The position numbers and the translations under genes were made by a program. From the NCBI GenBank assembly GCA_963664115.2, contig CAXWPJ010000002.1:864001-928000 (forward strand): 64,000 nt of DNA. Reading direction: 5' to 3'. Of the stretch, positions 1 to 9,157 are shown in pieces (within the stretch, counting starts at the first letter, position 1; every line of letters starts with the position of its first letter). This DNA comes from Terriglobia bacterium (lineage in GTDB: Bacteria > Acidobacteriota > Terriglobia > 20CM-2-55-15). The notes beneath the pieces are model-generated. The model had not been told where the DNA came from and made no database searches. It saw only the letters and a program-made list of their open reading frames with translations.

Positions 1-864
1 CGTGGGGTTACGCCTGTCGGTCGCGACCTGGTCATGGAGGTAGTCGGTCGGGTCGGCCCAGTCCCACTGAGTGATGACGATGTTGCGTTCCTCGCCTTGG
101 GGTCGGGGTGGTTGGGTGGGCAGCTCGCCGGCCCCGATGCGGTCGGTCCAGTCCGCGAACATCTCGAGCGCCCGCCCTCGGCCAAGCCGGTTAACGCCGT
201 TGTTCATCCCGCCGCCAGCCTGTCCGGACTGTATACGCCGGTCCCAAGCGGCCACTGAGGAATCAAAAGTGCCGAGGCTGTCCGGTATCTCGCGGGTCGC
301 CTTGTTGCCCAGTTGATGACAGGCCATGCAGCCACCCGACTTCACATACCTAAGCCATTCGGCCTGGCTTCTGATATTCATCGAAATGCCGTTGCCATCG
401 GGCCCGGTGCCGGGGAACTCGCTCTTGTCCGGCGGCTGGAGCAGAGAAAACCAGTAACCGGCCGGATAGTATTCCGCCGCCGCACGAGCATCCGGCGCCT
501 GCACCGAGGTCAGGTTCACGATCCGGCCCGGCGCGGTCTGAATCTTTGGCGAATCCACCAAGCCGTAGCCACGTACCCAGACGCTGTAATCCGCATTCGG
601 AAGGTCAGGCAACAGGTAGCGACCCTGGTCATCGGTGACCACGATCTTGACGAACTTGGTGGGTAGATCCATGGTTTCCGCGATCACCCACACACCCGCT
701 TCCGGCCCGTTCGCGCCCGTGACAACGCCACCGAGGTCGTCATTGTCGATGTCGACCGCCTGGGGCGTGACTTGGCCAGCGCTCATCCCGACCGGCGATG
801 CAGCCACCAGCACCGCGCCGAGGACGGCTACAATGCCGAAACCCACCATTGTTCTCATCGTCAT
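1..864 (-). CDS. Secreted carboxypeptidase-regulatory-like domain protein with a c-type heme motif (runs off the window start)
   Basis: Not in the ORF track because it has no stop in the window. Manual translation gives MTMRTMVGFGIVAVLGAVLVAASP (signal peptide), DDLGGVVTGANGPEAGVWVIAET, VTDDQGRYLLPDLP and CMACH. GGAGA SD at 871-875. Paralog of 19959..22118. Confidence 0.85.
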   Translation of the reverse strand, partial: MTMRTMVGFGIVAVLGAVLVAASPVGMSAGQVTPQAVDIDNDDLGGVVTGANGPEAGVWVIAETMDLPTKFVKIVVTDDQGRYLLPDLPNADYSVWVRGYGLVDSPKIQTAPGRIVNLTSVQAPDARAAAEYYPAGYWFSLLQPPDKSEFPGTGPDGNGISMNIRSQAEWLRYVKSGGCMACHQLGNKATREIPDSLGTFDSSVAAWDRRIQSGQAGGGMNNGVNRLGRGRALEMFADWTDRIGAGELPTQPPRPQGEERNIVITQWDWADPTDYLHDQVATDRRNPT

Positions 865-1078
865 GTCAGATCTCCTTTTTGCTGTCGCCCCGCTGGGCCA
901 AGGTACATCGATCCAGCTGTTTCGGGGGAGCAAGTCACGTGTCTGTTGCGGGCGTCACTTCTCCCCTGCCCCGAATCGAGTGCGTCGGTTCAGTTACTGG
1001 GGACGAGTGTTGTGCCTTTCGCAAGGGCCAGAACTCTCCACCCCACGGCTCTCGTTCGTAAAGTGAGAAACTGGAGAA

Positions 1079-1107
1079 AGTTTATAGAACGAGCGGGTTG
1101 GAAGCAA
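1079..1107 (-). promoter_or_regulatory. Putative sigma70-type promoter TTGCTT-N17-TAAACT
   Basis: Minus-strand hexamers with a 17-nt spacer upstream of the gene starting at 864; a similar copy is at 3881-3910. Confidence 0.5.
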
Positions 1108-1179
1108 CGATTCGTCGACTCCCGACCAGGGGATTTATTAGCTCACGGAGCATCGCTGGCGCTGCACACACAGGCCCCG

Positions 1180-2109
1180 TCAGCGGCCCGCCTCGGCGCG
1201 TTCCCTGGCAAGCTGTGCTTGAAAATCGCGTTCCCGTTGTTCGAGACTCTCCCGGCATTCTTGCGGCGCATAGAAGGGATTCGGTTGCTCGCCCTCGAGC
1301 AGGCGGTTCATCTTGTCAATTAATCCAAAGCCTTCCGTGTGTCCCTCTGTGAAGAAATCGCAGGACAGTTGCCTCGCTCTCCGCAGCGTGTCGGCATAGT
1401 CTTCGGCGATGGTGGGCCAGTCGGCGTTGTTCACGAATGGCTGCCGGACTCCTCCAATGCCGCCCCAGAACACGAAGGTGTAGTCCTGGCCGCCATCTTC
1501 CACCATCATTGTCCACGTTGTTGCGCCGCGGGTGTGGCCGGGAAAGACGTGAGCCGTCAGGGTCGTGCCGCCGAGCGTCACTGTGTCACCGGTGCGGATG
1601 ATGCGATCCGGTTGCACCGGCTGGTAGCGCGTTCTTCCATCGGTGCCCACCCCGCCGCCTTCGGCCAGAGTTGCGCCGTCGGCTTCCGACATCACCACCT
1701 GCGCGCCGGTGAGTTCTTTCATCAGGACATGCGCTTCAATGTGGTCCGCGTGAGCGTGGGAGTTCAGCATAATTTCGATGTCGCTCATGTTGAAACCCAA
1801 CTCTTCCACATTCTGACGGATCCAGGGAGCGTCCCGCTCGTAGGTGCTGTCGATCAGAATGTGACCTTCGGGCGTCGTGATCAGGAACACTGTCATATCC
1901 GTCCCACCGACGTAATGAATGTTTCCGACGATCTTGAAAGGCGTCACTTTTTCGCTGATACGCCGTCCATCGGGGCCCCGCTCCCCGCCCTGGGCGAACC
2001 CCAGCACGGCAGAGAACGCCAGCGGTATGAAAAGCACTGCCCGAAATAAGGTCCGGGACCGCCTCGTACTACGATTGTTTCGAATCTCATAACGTTTCGA
2101 ATACACCAT
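1180..2109 (-). CDS. Subclass B3 metallo-beta-lactamase-like protein, secreted
   Basis: PFKIVGNIHYVG start, SHAHADH zinc motif, PGHTRG, C-terminal His (TEGH), signal peptide. Confidence 0.85.
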   Translation of the reverse strand: MVYSKRYEIRNNRSTRRSRTLFRAVLFIPLAFSAVLGFAQGGERGPDGRRISEKVTPFKIVGNIHYVGGTDMTVFLITTPEGHILIDSTYERDAPWIRQNVEELGFNMSDIEIMLNSHAHADHIEAHVLMKELTGAQVVMSEADGATLAEGGGVGTDGRTRYQPVQPDRIIRTGDTVTLGGTTLTAHVFPGHTRGATTWTMMVEDGGQDYTFVFWGGIGGVRQPFVNNADWPTIAEDYADTLRRARQLSCDFFTEGHTEGFGLIDKMNRLLEGEQPNPFYAPQECRESLEQRERDFQAQLARERAEAGR

Positions 2110-2186
2110 TCACCTCCTGAAACTCACTCATTTCGCGAGGGGTCGCACACAGCGCCCTTAACCATGTCGATTTAGTCTCCGTCGAT

Positions 2187-3713
2187 TTAGTCTCCGCCAA
2201 CGATCCTCATGAAGTCCGTGTGATTTCCTGCCTGCCCGTGTATGCCGACATGACGCTCCACATCCAGATTCAGACGCTGGATGTTCTCATACAGACTCCG
2301 CATGTTCGCGTTGGCGGACGGAGGCTGCGCCCCCGGTGCCGGCGGCGAGTAAAGGTCTGCGTTCACTACAATCTTCTCCGTCGGGAGATAGGCAATCAAC
2401 ATGTTTGCGTTGTGATCGAGACCCTGCATGGCGTAAAGGTCCATCGTCCGTGTTCCGTCGCTCAACACGTACTTGTCCGTCACCGTTTGCAGAGTGGCCG
2501 ATCCTCCAAATGTGGTTCGTATCGGGTACAGGGCCAACCTGTCGGGTTCCAGCGTCCGAGGTGACGGATAGAAGACCACTTTTTCGTAGTATTCACGATT
2601 GCCCTCGTGCGTTACGACGGTCGCGGCTTCGGTCAAGTAGGTGCGAAGTCCACCCGAATGGTCAGCGTGGTGGTGTGTATTCACGACGTAGCGAATCGAC
2701 TTGTCGGGAACGAGCCTGTTCACTTCCGCGATCACCGCGAGAGATCGTCCCTCGTTCAGGGGAGCCTCGACAACGACCACGAAATCGCTGAACTCGACGG
2801 CCACGCTGTTGTGCGATCCACCGCCAACCAACCAGACGCCGTCCGCCAAGAGTCGCGATTCTACGCGGACAGGTGGGACGGTGGCCTGGGCCACCCCGTC
2901 AGGGATCGTGAGAGCGGCCACGCTTGGGTTCACCTGCACGTTGCTCACATCGACCTCGTAAAAATCATGGCCGTCATCCAGATATCGATTCCCTCGGTGC
3001 ACATGAATGTCAGCGGGAAATTTCACGCCATCGTAATCCCGGTAATCGCGGTAGCGGTGTTCGTACAGCATGTCCCCGAGGACGGGATCGGGAATCCATG
3101 TTTGCACGTTTTCAACGAGATTCTCGTCATTGATCTGGCCACTGACCCGGTACTTTCCGAGCGCTGTAAAGGAAACAATGGTCATTTTCCGGCTGACACC
3201 AGTCACCCCATCAAATTCCGTTCGTGAAATTGCGCTTGCGTTTCCAGCTGCCATCGCTGCTTTGAGAAAACCGTGGGGTGTGAGCCAGATGTCGAGTTGC
3301 CGAATCTCCGCAGCCCCTGGTGCAGGATTCGAATTGCTGCCCTGCATGTCCCAGGCATAGTTGCCGCTGATCACGGATGTCCGCTGCCGTTCTCCCTGGA
3401 TCGGCATTCGCCCGCCACCGCGGGCTGGATAGTCCCCCTGGATCACAGTGACTTCCTCTTTTGAGGACGGTGCTTCGTAGTCAATGGTTCGCATGTAGCG
3501 GGTCAGCTCAACCCGCGGGTAGTTCTCCCCCGGTGCGAAACTCTGGCCCACTGCTCCGACCCATCCGTCAGTCCCAGAGTACTGGATGGAATTCAGATTA
3601 CCCGCGCCCATAGCCGCTGACGCGGCCTCCAGGGCTTGGGTGGCATCCTGGGCCGATGCGGGCAGGACCATGAGGGTCGATAAAATAATCAGGAATAATA
3701 GACTTCGTGCCAT
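2187..3713 (-). CDS. Secreted MBL-fold metallo-hydrolase with a large N-terminal domain
   Basis: THHHADHSGG, GGSHNS and ADLY motifs. Start reassigned to ATG 3713 (GGAGG SD, signal peptide ending ASA-Q). Confidence 0.8.
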   Translation of the reverse strand: MARSLLFLIILSTLMVLPASAQDATQALEAASAAMGAGNLNSIQYSGTDGWVGAVGQSFAPGENYPRVELTRYMRTIDYEAPSSKEEVTVIQGDYPARGGGRMPIQGERQRTSVISGNYAWDMQGSNSNPAPGAAEIRQLDIWLTPHGFLKAAMAAGNASAISRTEFDGVTGVSRKMTIVSFTALGKYRVSGQINDENLVENVQTWIPDPVLGDMLYEHRYRDYRDYDGVKFPADIHVHRGNRYLDDGHDFYEVDVSNVQVNPSVAALTIPDGVAQATVPPVRVESRLLADGVWLVGGGSHNSVAVEFSDFVVVVEAPLNEGRSLAVIAEVNRLVPDKSIRYVVNTHHHADHSGGLRTYLTEAATVVTHEGNREYYEKVVFYPSPRTLEPDRLALYPIRTTFGGSATLQTVTDKYVLSDGTRTMDLYAMQGLDHNANMLIAYLPTEKIVVNADLYSPPAPGAQPPSANANMRSLYENIQRLNLDVERHVGIHGQAGNHTDFMRIVGGD

Positions 3714-3880
3714 AGCACCCTCCAAAAAAGTTCTGACTCCTGCCAGAACGTCTCGGCTCCTGGCAGCATTTCCAAACTGTTGTTCGACCTCGCAGTCACC
3801 GACCCGACATCTCCGCAACCCATAGTGCTGGATTCGATCGAATTGGTCTGTCTAAACGGAACGTGAAATAGGTTGGAGAG

Positions 3881-3910
3881 AGTCTATATAACGAACGGGC
3901 CGGGAAGCAA
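3881..3910 (-). promoter_or_regulatory. Putative sigma70-type promoter TTGCTT-N18-TAGACT
   Basis: Similar to the 1079-1107 element and similarly placed upstream of a minus-strand gene. Confidence 0.45.
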
Positions 3911-4067
3911 TGAAATGTCAACGCCCGACACGATGATATGTCAGGGCTTTAAAATCATTTTCAGGGTCGAGACCGACCGCCTGCTAGGATAAGATCGACG
4001 GTAGCCGATTTTTCTTTACGATCCAATATCCACATGTCTATGCTCTTTTGAAGCCCCTTTGAAGCCG

Positions 4068-4766
4068 ATGAAAGCCACGATCACATCCATAGCACTGGCC
4101 TTGTTCCTCCCTGTAAGCACGCTGTCTGTTCATGCTCAGAATCAGACACGAATGGAAAGGAACGCTGCCGCTAGGCAACAGAGAATCCGGGAAATGGAAC
4201 GCATGGCTGACTTAAACGTAGCCGCACGAATTTTTGCGGAGATGGACCTGGAGGCTGTTGCCCGCCTGGGAGGAATCAGTCCATTCGGTAGAAGAAACGG
4301 GCTGGATTACGAAGATACTTCAGTGGACAGAGGGTTCAATCTGACTTTCAATTATTGGTTCACACCCGCTGGAAGGGCCCGGTATGCACAGCTTCAACAA
4401 GAGCGTTTTGAGGAAAACGTAGAGAAGTTTTCAGAACTCGGGAAAGAAGACTGGATTGGTCAGTATGATTCGGTTTCAGACCGATCGGTGCGCCGAGAAT
4501 TTGAGAAGCGGGCGGATGATTTGGAGAATGTTACCGACGACATGATCAAGTTCTTGAAGTGGAAGTTTGACACGGAACCAATCGAGGTTGCAGAAGCGGC
4601 CGAGGAAACTGTAAGACGCAGGTTAGTGCAGATCAAACCGATGGCGGAACAGATATTGGGAACAATATTGACGGTTACAGATGGCAGCATTCCAATCGAC
4701 GAGTTCGTTAGAATGCAGGAGAACTTAGCAGAAATCCACGCACTCAGTCGAATCTTGCAGGACTGA
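4068..4766 (+). CDS. Hypothetical secreted helical protein
   Basis: Long ORF with a signal peptide (VHA-Q); no family recognised. Confidence 0.65.
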   Translation: MKATITSIALALFLPVSTLSVHAQNQTRMERNAAARQQRIREMERMADLNVAARIFAEMDLEAVARLGGISPFGRRNGLDYEDTSVDRGFNLTFNYWFTPAGRARYAQLQQERFEENVEKFSELGKEDWIGQYDSVSDRSVRREFEKRADDLENVTDDMIKFLKWKFDTEPIEVAEAAEETVRRRLVQIKPMAEQILGTILTVTDGSIPIDEFVRMQENLAEIHALSRILQD

Positions 4767-5132
4767 GAGTCCTCGACCCGACCCGATAATCGCAGAACTC
4801 GGCTCTGGCCCGAGCATCATTGAAACTCGTCTTTTTCTCAAATTCCGTTATCGAAATTGTCGCGGTAGGAACACTTCTCAAGTCCTGCCCAGTTTCGCGC
4901 CGCGCCGATTCCGATCAACGCTAACGATTTTTCATTTATCTCTACAATTATCACTAAATGTTCTGAGTCGGTCGACCGATAAAAAAAGTACAGACGGTTA
5001 GACAGGGCCACAGAAACCCGTCGGTATTAAAAAAGAGGACCAACATTTCGAAGCGGTAGTGTGCTCCTACCGTTTTTCCTTTGGTCGCCATCCGGATGAG
5101 CCCATTTCCAATCAATTTAGGTTGAGGAAACT

Positions 5133-6287
5133 ATGGCCAACGAAAAACATCTCGAAGTTCTGAAACAAGGAGTCGGGGCTTTGAATAGGTGGCGGTGGAA
5201 GCATCCGGGGGGTCTGCTGAACCTCAGGGACGCGAACCTCTTCAAGGCGAAGCTATATCGCGCAAACCTCAGTCACGCGAACCTCAGCCGCGCGAATCTC
5301 GAAGCAGCGAAGCTGCACCACGCGAACCTCAGCGAAGCGAAGCTCAATGCGGCGAAGCTATACGACGCGGACCTCAGCGACGCGGACCTCAGTCGCGCCA
5401 ACCTCGAAGCAGCGAAGCTGTACCACGCGAACCTCACCGGCGCGGACCTCAGTCGCGCGGATCTCACCGGCGCGAACCTCACCGGCGCCAACCTGGTCGA
5501 TACGAAGCTGGTAGGGGCAGACCTGTGCGGGACGAAACTGGAATACGCACTTCTGGGGGAAACGATCTTCAGCAATACCCGGCTGGTGGACACGGAAGGT
5601 CTGAGTGCGTGTAAGCATGTTTTTCCTTGCACGTTGGATCACAGGACCCTCATTAAATCAGGCGAATTGCCGACGGAGTTTACCCGCGGTTGTGGCCTTC
5701 ACGACTGGCAGGTCGAGTCGGCGAAGTTGCTGAACCCAAAGTTGACGCCACGGGAAATCACAGAGATCGTCTTTCGAGTCGACGCACTGCGTTCGGAATC
5801 GCGGATAATCCCTACAAACTTGTTCATTTCCTATTCGCACTGGGACGCAAAATTCGCAGACCATCTTCAGGATTCATTCAAAGAGAGACGGATTCTGTCT
5901 TGGCGGGACGCACACGAAGAGCCAGCAGGCCCACTCGACAAGATCGTTAGTCGAGCTATGCGAGACAATCCCACGGTTCTGCTCGTTCTTTCAGAACGCT
6001 CCGTGGAAAAGGATTGGGTGAAAATTGAAGCCAGGAAGGCACGGGAGTTGGAAAAAGACTTGGGTCGGCACGTCTTGTATCCGATCGCGTTGGACGATTC
6101 CTGGAAGACCTCTGCGTGGTCTTCAGTGATGCGCGGTCAGGTCAAGAAGGCCAACGTTCTGAATTTCTCGCAATGGGAAAAACCCGAGGCGTTCTGTGAG
6201 GTGTTGAACAGGCTACTGTCTGGGATTGAGGTGTACAACTCGGAGAATGATGGGGACGCTATCATCCCACCAACGTGTGCTGCATAA
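5133..6287 (+). CDS. Pentapeptide-repeat protein with a C-terminal TIR domain
   Basis: About 20 A(N/D/K)Lxx pentapeptides, then LFISYSH...WRD...LLVLSERSVEKDWVKIE (TIR, with the candidate catalytic Glu). GAGG SD. Confidence 0.9.
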   Translation: MANEKHLEVLKQGVGALNRWRWKHPGGLLNLRDANLFKAKLYRANLSHANLSRANLEAAKLHHANLSEAKLNAAKLYDADLSDADLSRANLEAAKLYHANLTGADLSRADLTGANLTGANLVDTKLVGADLCGTKLEYALLGETIFSNTRLVDTEGLSACKHVFPCTLDHRTLIKSGELPTEFTRGCGLHDWQVESAKLLNPKLTPREITEIVFRVDALRSESRIIPTNLFISYSHWDAKFADHLQDSFKERRILSWRDAHEEPAGPLDKIVSRAMRDNPTVLLVLSERSVEKDWVKIEARKARELEKDLGRHVLYPIALDDSWKTSAWSSVMRGQVKKANVLNFSQWEKPEAFCEVLNRLLSGIEVYNSENDGDAIIPPTCAA

Positions 6288-6956
6288 TCTCCCGAAAGCA
6301 CTTTTCTCAGTTTTCTTCACGAAACTTTGCCTCCTTTTGAGGACCCTTCTCAAGTTGAGGACCCTTCTCAAGCTGTCCGGAAGATCCCTCCCGGGCATCA
6401 TAAAGCGCCATATTTTTTAAATCAAAGAAAGAACGAACTATGTTGCCCCCCCAAAGCGGACTCGTCGCCGTCTGCTGGGTGCTTCCTCGCCAAATTCAAC
6501 GAATACGGAACTGAAATCAACAGGCATATCCAAATATATGGCCGATTATTTGGAAATCGCCGACAGTCGCTTGTTTCCTTTCTGGGCAGGGCTCACCCAG
6601 ACCTTGTAGACCGGCCGTCCCCAGAACGAGGACAAAGGTTCGGGTCCGCAGATATTCGACAAGCCACATCGCGACCCTGATCATCTGGAGCAGTACATGC
6701 GGGCGATGAGTGCCTGGAACTTCGGACGGGCAACTCTCCGAACCCCCACTCATAACGGATTGATTGACCTCAACGCCAGCCCTTTCGTGATTCCAGTTCT
6801 GATGGACGTTAACTGAGCGCCTCGATACGAATGGATACGAAATTGTCGGATTCGTAGCGACGTCACACATTCCTGTCGGTTCAAACCGTTCCGTTGTAAC
6901 TGTACGAATCGCGCCCTGCCCTTGAGATCCAATCACTTGCAGTAGTTCCCGCTCAG

Positions 6957-6972
6957 TGGCATGCCCCTTGCA
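6957..6972 (+). promoter_or_regulatory. Sigma54 -24/-12 promoter of the nitrate assimilation operon
   Basis: TGGCATGCCCCTTGCA matches TGGCA-N6-TTGCA with exact GG-N10-GC spacing. Confidence 0.85.
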
Positions 6973-6985
6973 TTAGCTAAGGGTC

Positions 6986-9157
6986 ATGACGACTCACGTC
7001 AGCCCCGCACCAACCACGGACAATGAAGACCCGATACCGTGGATTGCTACGCACTGTCCCTACTGTGCATTGCAGTGTGGGATGCACTTAGGCGCGGCCG
7101 GGCCCGGCCCGGAGATTCGCGGGAACGATCATTTCCCAGTCAACAATGGAGCGCTTTGCATTAAAGGATGGACCGCCGCAGAGACCCTGGCCCACCCCGA
7201 CAGGCTCAAAACCCCTCTGGCCCGGAATCGTCAGGGCGACCTTGTACCCGTTTCCTGGGAGAACGCTCTGGGCCTTGTGGTTGAAGCAATCCGTGACACG
7301 CAGAGACGATACGGACCTGATGCTGTGGGCATCTTGGGCGGCGGCTCGCTGACCAATGAGAAGGCCTATCTTCTTGGGAAATTTGCCCGCGTGGGGCTGG
7401 GAACCGCCAATATTGATTATAACGGACGTTTTTCTTCCGCTGCTGCGGCGTCAAATCGCGCCTTTGGCATTGACCGCGGTCTTCCGTTTCCCGTTCAGGA
7501 CATCGCCAAAGCCGACGTTATCCTTTTGGCCGGTTCGAATCTGGCCGAGACGATGCCGCCGATCATGCAGTATTTCGAGGCGCAGCTGGGCAACGGTGGC
7601 CGACTGATCGTTTCCGATCCCCGCAAAACGCCGACGGCTGAAACGGCAACGCTGCATCTGAAGAACGTTCCCGGAACCGACGCGGCTCTTGCAAACGGCC
7701 TGCTGCATCTCCTGATTCGGAATCGAACGATCGACGTTGGTTATATCGAAGACCGCACCGAAGGCTTCGACGATGTGAAGGCGTCGGTGGCGGCTTACTG
7801 GCCCGAGCATGTCGAGCGCGTCACCGGAGTCCCCGAAGCACATCTCATTGAAGCTGCCGACATGTTGGGTTCAGCCGGGACTGTGATGGTACTGACAGGC
7901 CGCGGGATCGAGCAGCAGTCTCAGGGCGTGAACAACACGCTGGCGTTTATTAACATCGCCTTGGCTTTGGGACAGGTCGGAAAACCCAACGGTGGCTACG
8001 GGTGTCTCACCGGTCAGGGTAACGGGCAGGGTGGACGCGAGCACGGTCAAAAAGCTGACCAACTTCCCGGCTATCGCAACATCAGCGATCCCACAGCCCG
8101 ACGGCACATGGCGTCGGTGTGGGGCGTTGCCGAGGACACGATTCCCGGTGCGGGTGTCTCCGCCTACGAAATGTTGGACCAGGCCGGAACTGATGACGGG
8201 GTGCGGATGCTGATGGTCATCGGCACCAATCCTGCAGTGTCCGCACCAAACGGCCTGCACGTGGAAGAGCGCCTGAAGTCTCTCAACTTCATGGCCGTCT
8301 CCGATTTCTTTGTTTCCGAGACTGCGTCAATGGCGAACGTCGTGCTCCCCACCACTCAGTGGGCTGAAGAAGAAGGAACGATGACCAACCTCGAAGGGCG
8401 CGTCATCTTACGGCAGCAAGGGGCACGAGTTCCCGACGGTGTGTTGAGCGACACCGACATTGTTTGCGAACTGGCACGCAGGTTGGGTAAGGGCCGCTAC
8501 TTTGAATACACCGATACCGAAGCTATCTTCTCCGAATTGCGGCGCGCCAGTTCCGGGGGTATCGCTGACTACAGCGGCATCACTTACGAGAAGATTCGAA
8601 TTAATGCAGGCATCTACTGGCCATGCCCTTCCGAGAGTCATCCCGGAACGCCTCGGCTCTTCGGAAACGCGGTCGTCGACGGTGACAGTTTCCTACCGCC
8701 TCCGGGATTCTTCACGGTTTCCGGCCGCGCCCGCTTTCACGCCATACGCCACCGCTCTCCGGCCGAAGTGCCAGATGCGGAGTACCCCATTTACCTGACG
8801 ACCGGCCGCGTGATGGCGCACTACCAGAGCGGCACCCAGACCCGTCGCCAGACCCGGCTTGTGGAAATGGAGCCTGTGGCAACACTCGAACTCCATCCCA
8901 TTCTCGCCCTTCGCTATCACATATCGGATGGTGAAAGGGTCCAGGTCGCAACGCGTCGGGGTTGTGCGACGTTCCGCGCAAAGCTGTCGACCGCGATCCG
9001 AGAAGATACGATCTTCGCACCCTTCCATTGGGCCGACACAGAGTCCGCGAACCGTCTGACCAATCCAGCGCTCGACCGCACGAGCCGCATGCCCGAATTC
9101 AAAATCTGTGCCGCTCGTATCGAGGGGCTTCCGGAAAGGACCGATCATGAAGCCTAA
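6986..9157 (+). CDS. nasA: Assimilatory nitrate reductase catalytic subunit (Mo-bis-MGD); the Mo-ligand Cys is absent
   Basis: HCPYCALQC...LCIKG [4Fe-4S] motif, GQGNGQGGRE, LPTTQWAEEEGTMTNLEGR, PEFK C-terminus. Reads NGRFSSAAAA where homologs have NGRFCMSSAAAA. Confidence 0.9.
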   Translation: MTTHVSPAPTTDNEDPIPWIATHCPYCALQCGMHLGAAGPGPEIRGNDHFPVNNGALCIKGWTAAETLAHPDRLKTPLARNRQGDLVPVSWENALGLVVEAIRDTQRRYGPDAVGILGGGSLTNEKAYLLGKFARVGLGTANIDYNGRFSSAAAASNRAFGIDRGLPFPVQDIAKADVILLAGSNLAETMPPIMQYFEAQLGNGGRLIVSDPRKTPTAETATLHLKNVPGTDAALANGLLHLLIRNRTIDVGYIEDRTEGFDDVKASVAAYWPEHVERVTGVPEAHLIEAADMLGSAGTVMVLTGRGIEQQSQGVNNTLAFINIALALGQVGKPNGGYGCLTGQGNGQGGREHGQKADQLPGYRNISDPTARRHMASVWGVAEDTIPGAGVSAYEMLDQAGTDDGVRMLMVIGTNPAVSAPNGLHVEERLKSLNFMAVSDFFVSETASMANVVLPTTQWAEEEGTMTNLEGRVILRQQGARVPDGVLSDTDIVCELARRLGKGRYFEYTDTEAIFSELRRASSGGIADYSGITYEKIRINAGIYWPCPSESHPGTPRLFGNAVVDGDSFLPPPGFFTVSGRARFHAIRHRSPAEVPDAEYPIYLTTGRVMAHYQSGTQTRRQTRLVEMEPVATLELHPILALRYHISDGERVQVATRRGCATFRAKLSTAIREDTIFAPFHWADTESANRLTNPALDRTSRMPEFKICAARIEGLPERTDHEA

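Noticed and set aside
4990-5090. Riboswitch upstream of the TIR gene (nested GACCAA/TTGGTC and CGGTAG/CTACCG stems)
   Set aside because: No match to any aptamer consensus I recognise; an Rfam scan would be needed.
6327-6936. Short ORFs between the TIR gene and nasA
   Set aside because: No recognisable homology or RBS; treated as intergenic or degraded DNA.
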